A DNA stretch of 64,000 bases. Origin: Vezdaea acicularis (taxonomy: Eukaryota). This document shows positions 52,515-64,000 of the stretch, piece by piece. Position 1 is the stretch's first letter, and every line of letters begins with the position of its first letter. Both the position numbers and the translations under genes were made by a program. The notes under the pieces are model-generated. The model worked only from the letters and a program-made list of their open reading frames with translations. It searched no databases and had not been told where the DNA came from. The stretch covers positions 1 through 64,000 of the forward strand of contig JAPEUI010000012.1 in assembly GCA_026025075.1 (NCBI GenBank). Reading direction: 5' to 3'.

Positions 52515-53756
52515 TCACCTAGTCAGATACTCTTCTACGGCTAAATCAGTTATGTGAATGATCTGGTTCCAGCGAGTTTGTAAGACATCGAGAGCGTACT
52601 CGTTTCCGTCAATCATTTCTCGCAGGTCCTTCAGATGTTGCCTGGCATGCCCTGCAAAGGCCGTGATCAACTCTGACAAAGAGCTGTCAACAAGCCTTCT
52701 TTCGAAATCGCTCGGCTCGTTGCCGTTCAGGATGTCCCCTAAGCCAGCACACCCACACTTCCAGCGCAAGAGCACAAGAGTGCGATAGCAGACTGTTTGA
52801 CAGTCAAGCGTATAATTCTTCAAAAAGCAAGCCGCATCGAGCTCCCCTTTTTCACTTGCAGAGAGTTGGGGAAGAAGTATATCATCTAGCCGGACCTCGT
52901 CCCAACGATTAGATGAGAGTATGAAGCCGTATTCAACGAGAAGAAAATCGTTGCTATGATTGCCATAGGAAGTTAAAAGTTCCTGGCCGACTTCATACGT
53001 CTTGTCAGCTTCGACAGTATACGCGTCCATGCCGAACGCCACCCGACATCCTCGATCGCTATGATTGAAGTAATCTGCAAACGGGCAAAGCGCCATGCAG
53101 TCCTCGGGATTCACGGCTTTCCTACCTTTCATGTCTTCATAGTAAAAACTTCTGGTATTTACGATCATCCAGTAGTAAAAGTATTCTTTCTTACTCAACT
53201 CCGGGTAGGCCTTAGAAACGATGGCATAGTCGCGATTGGCTTTACCACGCTGCTTTTTCAGTAATTCTGGACGACTTTCAGCTTTATCTCAGTTTATGTT
53301 ATGAATTAATACGGACCACGCGATGCCAGAGGTAAATGGCTCACGAGCTTATCATCCCAATGAAAGGGAAATGAAGAGATAAGATCTTCACTCGGCCACG
53401 TATCGTGCCACTGCCTGTACGGAAAGGAGTCCTTGTCCTTTTCAAGTGCAAGATAAGCTGCGAGCTGGCCGTGAACAGAGCAACGGAGGGTAGCATTCCG
53501 TATATGGATGGGCACCGAGTTCATCGACAATAAGATGGCCCTTGGGATTGACACGATGATTTCTCCGGCCTGCAGGTGTGAGCCATAAACACCTGTGCGG
53601 CTAATAGCTCCCTACCTCAATCTTCCTGTTAGCTATGACCCCCATACCACTGTCGGTAAGACGAGCTGGGGCAACATTGTCGATTACAATTCCTTTTCGC
53701 CGAGCCCAAACCGTGAACGCATGATGAACTTTATGAGAGGAAGTAGCAATTGACAT
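52515..53756 (-). CDS. SET-domain protein lysine methyltransferase (Rkm2/SETD4-like)
   Basis: GMGVIA, W.IVNTRSFY, MALCPFADYFNHS, SYGNHSNDFLLVEYGF. Confidence 0.88.
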
Positions 53757-54140
53757 TTAGGCTGCCTTCGTCACCTGTGACCAATTCCGCCCTAGATGCC
53801 GTGTGTAGGTTGTATCGCGTCTGTGATGGAACGCCATAGCTATAACTCGAAAAGGGAAAATCAAAATAGACCTGGTGGCAATGTCATTTTACCATACTCT
53901 TTATGTCGCTCTGGTCGTGTCCGCCAAGCCTTTGCGGGAGTAAGCGAAAAGGGTCGAAACCCTCTCCCACAGCATTCGCTAAGGAAGTGGGAGTTGACCT
54001 CAGATTTCGTGATCCCCATCACCAGCGAATATTTAATTAGTGACGACCCAAGGAACGCCATACAGGTAAAGTCAATTCATCTGAGATACTGAGGCTATTC
54101 AAATACAATGTACTGATGGATTGTTAGGTCCCCATTTAAG

Positions 54141-54751
54141 ATGAGTAGGTTCTTCCCAGCAGCTTCACTCGTGTGGCCATGCGAAGGGCTTTAGTGAAAG
54201 AGTAAAGGACTGAGCAATACCAATTTGTAGCAAAGGGTACCTCCAGCTTTGGCAAGCGCCATGTATGTGTTACTAGAAATCATTTTCGAATTGGCTTTTT
54301 CGGGACCACTGAACTGATAGATCTCCAGAATAAAACCCACACTCTCTGCAGAAGATGCGGTTAGTCCTTACTTGCTTACAAACACCAACGTAAATCAACA
54401 TGGAGTCTTGGGAACGAGATTTCTCAAGTTTTCCATGAGAACGAGTGGTTGGGCTGATCATAGTATTCGAGATTAGGCCGACGGTCCTTACATATTCAAA
54501 AGCACACATGCTCCTCCTGTGGCTATCCTGCTGCGAAGATTAGGCAATGTAGGAATAATTTGCATCAACGAAAACCTTGGGAAGCTAACTAGTATCCAAC
54601 AACAGACAACTGGGGCGAGAAGGCAAAGCGAAGGAAGACAACAGGGACCGGCCGCATGCGATACATGAAACACGTTTCCCGGAAGTTCAAAAACGGCTTT
54701 CAGACAGGCGCACCAAAAGGAGCTCGCGGACCACCTACAAGCTCAGCATAG
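54141..54751 (+). CDS. RPL37: 60S ribosomal protein eL37 (5 exons)
   Basis: Spliced [65 protein letters not shown]. Confidence 0.95.
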
Positions 54752-55055
54752 GACAGGGCTTGAGAAGGCTGTGTGCTTGGGGATGTAGATCAGTATTTGG
54801 AATCATTGAAGCAGGAAGGGTACAAGGTTGCTGGACTTTACTCCGCTAGCTAGCATGTAGCCAGCTCAACGAGCAATACTGCGATACACATCACTTCAGC
54901 TCCTCAAGGGGGTACATACTGTAGTGTTGTGAGCCGAGTGAATACCTTTAATGTCACGCTAGGACACTGGATGACCTCGCTGTGTTTTCAAAAACGAAAT
55001 TTTGGATTTAAATCACCACTATAGTCCGTAATATTCCTCGCATAGAGCCTCCCTG

Positions 55056-55997
55056 TCACTGCATATCGCCCCCCTCCCAAATATTGGGAACCCAATCTAC
55101 CCCCACCTTGTAAAGCCACTCCCCTTTTTCTTGGGAATCAGTAACTGTCATAATGCCATCTACATCCCTCGCTCCGCCCGACGGCAGATTTCTCACCGCA
55201 ACGATCATGTTCGACTGCTTCGCCACGCTCATAACAAGCATTGAATGATCTTCCTCTAATGGTGTATTGCTCTCATGGATGAGTGGAGAGTCGGCCGCAA
55301 GAGTTATGACCGTTGTGTGAGCACTCTGAGGAAAGATTAGCCTCTGCGCTAGGTTCTAGGATAACGCCGAGATTGGAGGAGATGGAGATACCAAAAAGAG
55401 GGGAGGAGAACACACTAAACGCAGATATGTCAGGAGATCTTCAATAAAGGGTACGAGTATGTCTTTAGAAGCTGCAAGGAGAAAGTCCAACCCATCGATA
55501 ATGAGAAGAACTTTTCGTCCAGGCCCAATCGAGTCCACAACTCCAAGAACCACGTTTTCGAGCTTCAAGGCTGACTCTGATGGCTTGGACCCCTCAGCAG
55601 CGCCTTCCCCCAGAAATCCCCGAAGCCCATCGATAAAAAACCAGGTGCCCTCCAATTCGGCTCGGTTCAGGTCTACCCCCTGCGATCGAGGAATTCAGCT
55701 TCTTGTGCTCGACTTCCAGCACCGGATACGTACCAGCTTGGCTAAAGCATCTTTCCAGAAGCTTGCATCTTTGAGGAAGCTCACAAGAATCACGGCGACG
55801 TTGCCATTTTGCTCACTTGCAGGTCCTGATGAGTTCGGATTCACGGCAATGTGGGGAGGGCGCCATAATGCATTGTATATGAATTGGATTATGAGCCAAT
55901 TGGCTGGGTTGTAAAGTACATATGTGAGAAGAATCAATGAGAGGGGAGAGCGAAGTGTAAGGAAATGTGCTATCTGAGATGGAGTGCGGGGTGCCAT
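55056..55997 (-). CDS. ELP6: Elongator complex subunit 6-like
   Basis: SLILLT.VL...ANWLI..FI, V.LVSFLKD..FW, F.DGL, LLIIDGLD.LLAA, R.L.SG.ARDV.G. Confidence 0.72.
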
Positions 55998-56431
55998 GTT
56001 AGCGATGTTAGTGAAGGTTTGGTTGGCACTGTTGGATCAAACGAGAAGGCAAGGTTCATGCAAAGGCTAGCCGTAATATATTCTCTTGGAGAGTAAGCCA
56101 TGTTTTCACGCATACATCAGATAGGGCTGGAAGATTTAAGCGCCTGTGTCGTGAGGCTTGTCAAAGTAGATGCCCTGTTCAGTTCTGTAGTGTCGGTACA
56201 GTGGTGGGGCATGAGGGGCAAAAGTTCGTACCCCTGCGAAGCGACGCCAATCTTCAACATCCACAAATTATTCTGCCTCTACAGGGCTCTAACACCGCAT
56301 GAAGCCCAACTTTGCAAGGTAAGCCACTGCTGATTAGGGTGTAGTTTTAATTCAGATCATTAATAATGCCGCCTCGCGCCGCTGCAATAACTGAGGTCGC
56401 AGGAGGGTATATCAAATGTTGAAGACAAGGG

Positions 56432-56560
56432 GGCACAGGCCTTAACGTTTGTTAGCTCGGGCAGGGTGGCAACCCCTGTACCTACGGAATACCTCCACAT
56501 TGTGTTGTACGTGCGGAGGTTGCCACCCTGCCCGAGCTAACAATCATCAAGGCTTGTACC
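56432..56560. repeat. Long hairpin with a perfect 26-bp core stem
   Basis: 56449-56474 is the exact reverse complement of 56518-56543; imperfect pairing extends inward and outward. Confidence 0.9.
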
Positions 56561-56660
56561 TCCGTAGGCGTTCCTGACGAAGGGCAGGTGTATGCAAACT
56601 TTTGGCGCCCCCCATCCCTTAGAATGGTTGAGCATTTTTCTCCAGGTACACCACCGTCAC

Positions 56661-59600
56661 TTAGGAGCTCCCCATATGCAGCACCTCTTCCGACGGTATT
56701 CCGTCTAAGTCTTCCTCAATAACTTCATTACTCTTGGTCCCAGCGGTCTCGTGGATGATCTCCACACTCTCTAAATTGCCCTCCCGTGCCGAAAGAAGAG
56801 TTCCCTGAACATCTGAAAACTCGGGCTCATCTTCAGCGTTGAAGGATGCTGTCTGTGGATCCTGGACAACAGGCATGGAAGCGGAACAGTATTCACCTTC
56901 TATATTCTCGTGTTCTTTATAGACTTTTGTAGGTATATTTGTCGGAACATCGGAGACTTGACTTTGTGAAATGGGTTCTTCGGCAGAGTCCAAAGATACA
57001 CGGGTCGACTGTTCTTCAAGCTGGGGTTTTGGATCTCCTTGAGAGTCATAAGAAAACGGATTCATAGGCTTGCCCAGGAGGAACGCTTGTGGCGTATCGT
57101 CTAGTTGACGAGATTGGGCCGGTGAACTAGTCAAGCTGTCCAGCCAGTATGAAGTGCTCAGTGATTGAAGATCTGAGGCTGATGAAGAAGTCATAGGCAA
57201 AATCGCTTGATTCGACTCCAGCGAATAGATAGATGGAGGAGTGGCTGCTTCGTCCCAGTCGGCGCCAGCATACCTTGACTTTGATGTACCCTTAGCGTCT
57301 TCGAACAACTTCAGTACTTCGCCTCGATGAGTCACGCCTTCAGTAGTCTCAATGTCATCGTGAAAGTTCTCAGGTCGGAACATTGGCTTTGAACTGGCTG
57401 GCATAGCGTTCATGTTAAATGCTGGAATAGACTCCTTCAATGCGATCGTAGTCGGTTGACGACCTCTTCTTGCTATTTTTCCAAGGACTTCAGGAAATAG
57501 CCACGGAAAGCTGATAAGAGGTGACTCTGATAAATTCCCGTCTTCGCGTTTCTCGCGAGCTTTAAGCATCTCTTCTGATGTTGCGACGTACATAGCAGCA
57601 ACAAAAGGTTCTAGAACGTTAGGGTCTTTCCCGCCAGCTGCGATGATGCAAGCGTGCCTATATTGATCTCGGAGAGCCCCAGAAAGCTGGCCAATCTCCT
57701 CGTGGTACTTATAATCCGACCCTTGCTTGTTGTGTTTCAACACGAATGTGGTCCAAACCTCAAACTCGGTCCCAATACTTTGTTGCGCCATAATTCGCCG
57801 CAACCCAGTATCGTATGCGACTTTGATTTTTCGAATCTCGTTCATTGTTTCCTCACTCCCCTCAAAGCCTTCCAAAATTCGCGAATCTGGTTCTGCATCA
57901 AAAAGTGGGACAAATTCTACTCTTTCAACACGATCATACAGCTGGCCGAGCACCTTCTCAGACTTATATGTCTGGTGTTTTGCCTTGAATCGCTTCTCCA
58001 TGAAGTGAGGCCAATATCTTACCAGGAGATCTTTGGGCATCTGGGCCGCTTGACCAGTCTTCGCGAAGTCGACGGCTTCTGAATGGAGCTCTGCGAGCCG
58101 AAGGCCTTTGATGCTCAAGTCAGAGACGAGTGTTACGTGTAGGAGATCCTGGATACTTACATTTGGAACTTTTGACGCCATCCCACTCGATATCGGCATG
58201 GGCCAGGTGGGCATGGGCAATGGTAGGAAGTTTATCATTCTTCATATACTCAACGAAGAAATCTTTGACCTGCGCCATTGTAACACTCTCAACGGTCGTT
58301 GCCTTCGTAGCAGTGTAATTCATTGCCGGATGGAACCACTCCTCCGGTAAGAGATCGAGATCCCAGGAAACAAAATAATCGTCGCCATCCAGATCGCCCC
58401 CAGAGCACATGCTCGCCAGATCACAGTCACCTGTTTGTGGTAAAACCACAACATCTCTAAGGTGATGTAGACCTTCGATGTCTACAGCATTTACGACCCG
58501 GATATCACCTGGATGAAGCGATGGGTTACGCGCAAGAACACATGGCCCCTTTCTGACAGTGTACGAGCCAGAGAGCTGAGGATCTGGCACTTGGATAAAT
58601 ATTTGCGGTAGCATGTCGATCCTCTCTTGCAAGGTAGTTTCCTTTCTCGGCAAGTTGGAATTAAAGTATCCCTGTAGCGTTGCTGTCTCATCTGTACAGC
58701 CCAACACAAAGGCTCCATCTTCCACAACGATTCTGGCTCTCTCTTTCAAGTTTTTGATCGACCATGCCCTCCAAAGCTGCAGCACCGATCTCATAAACGG
58801 CTCCTGGGCTCCCATGAAGCCGTCTTGAATCATGGTTGCAAGGGTAAGGGTCATCGCATTCGCATCTACATGCTTCTGCAGAAGACCTAAAGCTGTTGTT
58901 TCATTGACCATTGCTTCATCAAGCTGCAGCAACATCTTCTCTTGCTTGCTAAGAAACACGTCGTCCCTTACACCTAGCCCCGACAATACGATAATTAATT
59001 GTCGGTTCAGAAAAGCTGCTGCAAACTTTGACCACCGGATGATCTCAAGACCCTCATGGGCAGCTGGGAACTTGTATTGACTCGTCCGGATGTAAATCCT
59101 ATTCTCGCGAGCAGACGGGCAAAGGGCCAATACGCCCTTACAGCCTCCGAGCCGGAATTGAAACACGGAAGGCACGCCACATGAGTGTATGTTCAATTCG
59201 GAAGCAATCATTTTAGCCACAAAACTTGAAATTTTGCCAACTCCATCCGTGAAGTTGTATCCGTTCCTCTTCACATCCTCGATCTGAGCGATGGCAACTC
59301 TGGTGCCGTTGATGGCACGTGTGGTCGAAAAACATTGTCCAAGACGAGCAGCGTACCTCGCCACGGTCTTGATACTGTCAAATTGACCCATCCAGTCTAG
59401 TACGATAGCCGTAGTGAAATTTATATCTGGAGAAATGAAATAGGCACCATGTTCGCGGAATTGTGAGTTACTGAAAGCTAAGAATTCGTAATGCCGATCC
59501 CCAATCATCAGCCCATGTTCCAGGGCCTGACGTATTCGTCGAAAGACTTCTTCGGCTTCATTACCATCATTTGAGTGGATCCGGCCCTATCAGAATCTTA

Positions 59601-61461
59601 GCTGTCTTCTAAGTATGCTCTAAAACTTCGTACTTACCTCGAGTTTCTCATCAGTGAATTGAACCCTTAGGAAACGGTCGCCGTAATGAGCGTACTGTCG
59701 TATGACTCGATTTGAAGTCTCCACCGTCGGAGAAGTATAATAGATCGTGGTTGGTGTGATGACAGCCTTTCGCATGGGAGTACAATAGTGAGGTAGCTTC
59801 GTTCTTTTATGATATTTGTTATAGTTGATGTCGTAAATGCTCATCGGCTCATAGACCCTTGACCCCTGAGCCGCCACGTCTTCCAGTAAAACAGTGGCTC
59901 TTTCCTCGCCCAGTGAAAGGAGCCTCTCAACAAAGGCGCGATTTAGAGTGTACTCGTTTAGCACATCTTGGGAAATGCAAACCTCCAGCTGATAACGAAC
60001 TGAAAAAGGCAGTAGTCCGATGCCTTGTAGACCAGCGAGTGCGAGCTTCAGAGAAGTCTGATCTGATCTCTTTCTATCGATCCATTGCCAGACGGGAAGA
60101 TGTCTAGCTTTTTGCACCACAAAAGAATTCAGAGGCGCTTTTCTGACGTTGAAATCTTCTAAAGCACTCATGATCAAATCATGAGTATACGGATTGATAT
60201 CAGATCTATGGAAGTTGATGTGGTATGCTTTCCACCTCCCTAATCTTCCGTTAATAGAGATTATTGTGCATGTTTCACTTTAGGGATGATTTACCTGGAT
60301 CAACAATAGACTGACTTCTGTAAAGTGAAATCGGCGCCCTACGCATTCCTTCCTTATCGTAAACGATGTCTGTCTCCCGGTTCCATATGCAACGCTCGTT
60401 CCAGTGAGGGGTCTTATCGTCGAAAGTAGACTCTACGTTTTCCGACTTCTTGTAGAATAGTGGAGGAGTATCCTGATTCAAGAATAGCGCATAATGTTCC
60501 GGACTATGGACAATCTCGCATATCTCGCGGATCTGGTAAAGAGGTATTCGCATCCGGTATTCAATGGTGCGGTCATGTGCACTATGTCCTGGCGTCTCTT
60601 GCGGACGAGTATCAATCATCTGCACATGAAATTGGATTTCAAGGTATTTGCGTCGTAGATTGAGCATGACTAGCGCTGGTAGAGCTTCAGTCGCGTGAGC
60701 AGTGTGCATAGGTATGAAAGTGTGTGCATCTGACATGAAGCCAAACGCGATCGAATCCGGTATCAGTGACTGTAGCAAAGCATATGTCAAAATCGACCGT
60801 TACAGATGCGTGATGTACTTACTGATAATTCTGAATATAGCACACCTGTCTTTACCGGACTCAGAACTTGGCTATTGGCATGTCTTTGGAGATCTAGCCA
60901 TACTTGAACCTGCCATGGGCGTCCCATTCCGATGTCCATACTAAGCACACCGTATCGCCAGAAGCAATCCGCTGGAGCAGGGCTATTCTCACGATGTTGA
61001 TATCAGTACAGAAGGAAAGGAGCGCCCCCCCAGACTTACCAGAACCTAATAATTGCTCCTTTCCTTCGCTGATTCCCGTGCCCAGAGCGAAAATCACTGT
61101 GAATCGTAATGGAAACGATATTCCCTTCTCGAGAGAACCTCTTATAGAGATCTCTCGTTGTCGTATTGTGCGCTAGGCCACGAATCGCAACAAACACTTC
61201 TGGCCATCGCAGCGGATCATAATTATCATCTAGGATTAAATCTGATAGCTGGAGGGGTGGCTCTGGCAGATAATTCCGAACATCTGCAGCAAATGTTGTA
61301 GAGCTTGACTCCACCATTGCTTCGCTCGCCTCTTTACTGACGGCGTCAATGGAAGCTGGGAGTACAGTGGGGCAATGAGAAGTGGTCTCATTTGAGCCCT
61401 GACGCGTTTGGGTCTCTGAAAGTGACTCCTCCTGCTGAGGAGGCTCAATGATGAGGTTCAT
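56661..61461 (-). CDS. Cellular RNA-dependent RNA polymerase of the RNAi pathway (probably SAD-1/RrpB clade)
   Basis: ETSNRVIR, FLRVQFTDE, YEFLAFSNSQFRE, KYAARLGQCFS-like, FTDGVGKIS, FQFRLGGCKG, ARNPSLHPGDIR, SGGDLDGDDY, LA.LHS.AVDF.KTG. Confidence 0.95.
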
Positions 61462-61979
61462 GTTTCCAAGGGTGCCTTAACTCTGTATTTTGAAGAAAAT
61501 GTAAGCCGAAGGTTGAGAAATTATAGCCAACAAAGGATGAACGCGAAAAGAAGAAGGAGCGAGGGGACAGTAGAGCATACAGGTCATACCATAAACTTAG
61601 AGAAGATCTGCTCAACGACAACGCCTTTGTGCTTTCTGGAAAAAGGAATATTAAGATATAGTCTTTCGTAGGCAGAAGAAGACGGCAAGAAGTAAATTGT
61701 TCTGGCAGGGATCCTTTTGACGCCGGTTGAGAGAAGCCCTGCCGCTCAATGAGAGTGAATTTTGGTAGTGAGACTCTTGTTGAGGTGAGATGAGAATGAA
61801 GTGAGGAGGGGAAGATCGCATGGATATTAGCTGGGAGGACATAAGGAAACGTTTCCCATGAACAGAGAACGATTATTTTTCACTGTCAGCTTTGAACACG
61901 CCTGAGTGAGTTATTGAGAATTGATGATTCAAAGGAGTGTGTTGCATTCAAACTCGTAAGAAAGTGCACAATGTTGAAA

Positions 61980-62291
61980 CTCATGAGCAAACCAAGACAT
62001 CGGATAGATTTGTCTCCATTATGTCGGTCCGAACCCCTATGTTCTTATCTAGTGAAGAGGTCTACATAACCTTGCGTGACAACATAAGAGATAATTGGTG
62101 GAAAGAGCCCGGTTTGCGCTGTCTGAACATTAGTATCTTCCTCATTTTTGGCTCCACTGCCGTAGGATACGATGCAAGTCTGATGAATGGTCTTCCTGCC
62201 CTGGCGTAATGGAACAAAGACCTGGGATCCATCCTTTCAAGCATTTTAGGATTGCTTATTGCAGCGCTATCTTTGGGCGGACTCATCGGCC
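61980..62291 (+). pseudogene. Truncated MFS sugar transporter (lactose permease-like) fragment
   Basis: WWKEPGLR.LN...GYDASLMNGL.AL.*W...LGLL.A..SLGG; in-frame TAA at 62207-62209; no further transmembrane segments recognisable. Confidence 0.75.
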
Positions 62292-62854
62292 GAGGTCAGA
62301 GATTGCAGCAATAGATGAGTCGACCAGTAAATAAATTCCTACCAGTAGCTGATGTGTAGGCGCCAAAGTCCTTGGGACATTTCAAACATTGCACGACAGT
62401 CCCCTCATTTCTTTACATCCTCAAGAAATATCTAGCACGAAATAGCAACTTATACCATTCGCTTCATGCTTTGATGCTTTTGATGTACTATTTGCTTTAC
62501 TTCTCAGGAGCTGTCGCGTCCACGCGACCTCTCTCTACTCCTGTGCTCGTGATACTTAGCCAGGCGAGTTGGGAGTTCCCCCAACCTACTACGCACACAA
62601 AGGATATAAAACCAGCATCTTTAGAGGTATGGATCAAGATTAGACATTGGATTGGCATTTATTAGATTAGAATAAAATTGTGAGGGTTGTCACTGTCAAG
62701 CGAGGTATCCGCTGTACAAGCCAGTGTTTCCTATGCAGCTCGTAAGGCTCTGATGGGCGCAAATATTCAACTCAAAAGCACCAGTATCAAAGTGAGCCAC
62801 GAGAAGCCAGCGTCCCATAGCTTCCGAGGATGGACACCTGCAGCATCAAATGAC

Positions 62855-64000
62855 TTAGCCTAACGAGTGGAATCGCTCTTTGGCCGTCTCTTTCGTCTTT
62901 TCCAAGAACCCCTTATATCCATCCTTAGAATTCCTCTCTCCTTCACTAGCTGCGTCGCCAACTTTGCCGCCTTGTGCTCCGAGCCCCACACCTTGCACGT
63001 ACATGTTAGTCTGTATTGGCGCCACTATTCCTGTCCCCTCAGCGCCCAACCCTTCCCCTGCACTCCAGCCCATCTTCCCTAGTAGGGCAGCACCTTTGGA
63101 CACAATAGGAGGTACATCTACTTCGGCCTTTTCCGACGTCACGGTGGCTGGCTTACCACCTTTACTCGGTTCTCCGGCGGGCTTTTTGGGTTGGTTGAAT
63201 GCCTGCCGCCTTTCCTTAGCGCGATCTCGATATCCTGGACTGTCTGTATCTTCACTGTTGGCCTTTGCAAGCTTTTGAAGAGCCTTGGCCTTCTTCTCTT
63301 CATTTTTCAGATTGTCACGATGAAGCTGGCTTAAGCGTTCGTGCTTATTGACTTCTTCATCTGATTTGAATTGCCGCAAACATAAGAGACAGCACTTGCG
63401 CTCTCTGTCTGCAAAAGACTGTTTTGGAAGCGCTTCGGCAGAGATTCGAGAAGGTTTCTTGCTTTGCGACTTTGGAGGACTGGAGTCTTCTGCAGCTGGA
63501 TTTTGGCGTTCAATACCGTGGAGCTCGGCGTGACGATTACTCCAAAATTGTAGATGAGCAGGAGCTGACTTCTTGGTATTAACTTGAGGTATAAGATCTG
63601 CCTTCCTTTTCTTGGCTTTCGTCTCTGTTTCTCTGGAGTTCTTCTCCGTGCTATTAGTTTCGCCGTTTCCACCAGCCATATCAACATCTTCCACATCCTC
63701 CGAATATTGTATCAACTCCTGGGCATACGCATCCTGATCCCAATATGCCAGCCTTGTTGCTGGATTGCTAAGGAGGCTAAAGGTGAACTTGGCTTTTGAG
63801 GCATCATAGTTCCAAGCCGGTACGAAAACGCCCGCATGAATGTAGCTTGCTAGAATGGGTTTCGAAGCTATCGTGAATTTCTCTGCAGCATTGAATTTTG
63901 CAAGAGCCGCTTGAGCGTCCTTCAAACATGTCAGCTGCCATGGCCTCCGTCCAAGACTAGGGATTGGCTATACTTCGACACTACCAAACTCCGCAAACCC
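62855..64000 (-). CDS. RBM5/RBM10-like G-patch RNA-binding protein (3' part; 5' end beyond the window)
   Basis: C2H2 CLLCLRQF....V.KHERLSQLH, YRDRAKERR, G-patch SKGAALLGKMGW..G.GLG..GTG...PI. Confidence 0.88.

Overview
Gene-dense window from a compact, intron-rich filamentous ascomycete (Pezizomycotina) genome with mostly ~50-nt introns. It holds about 30 mostly housekeeping genes: ADE1, APC5, COX13, APN2, a RIM4-like RRM protein, a DUR31/NCU01977-type transporter, Mba1/Tim44-like, EOS1, SUI1, MIX17, UBX, SHY1, CENP-T, CMS1, a CFEM protein, NOP6-like, RAC1, RGD1, MED12, C1D/Rrp47, ketopantoate reductase, SET-domain, RPL37, ELP6, an RNA-dependent RNA polymerase and a G-patch protein. Accessory content includes an intronless secreted DUF3494 ice-binding protein, a MITE-like element, a RIP-degraded AT-rich island with solo LTRs, and a sugar-transporter pseudogene. 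The main non-coding findings are (1) an intronic TPP riboswitch with long-range pairings near 5' splice sites; (2) a ~1 kb structured intergenic locus next to MED12 whose layout resembles fungal telomerase RNA, with a variant template that would predict TTTAGG telomeres (hypothesis only); and (3) a long hairpin just downstream of the RdRP gene. Gene calls come from motif recognition and hand-read splice sites, and no database searches were run.
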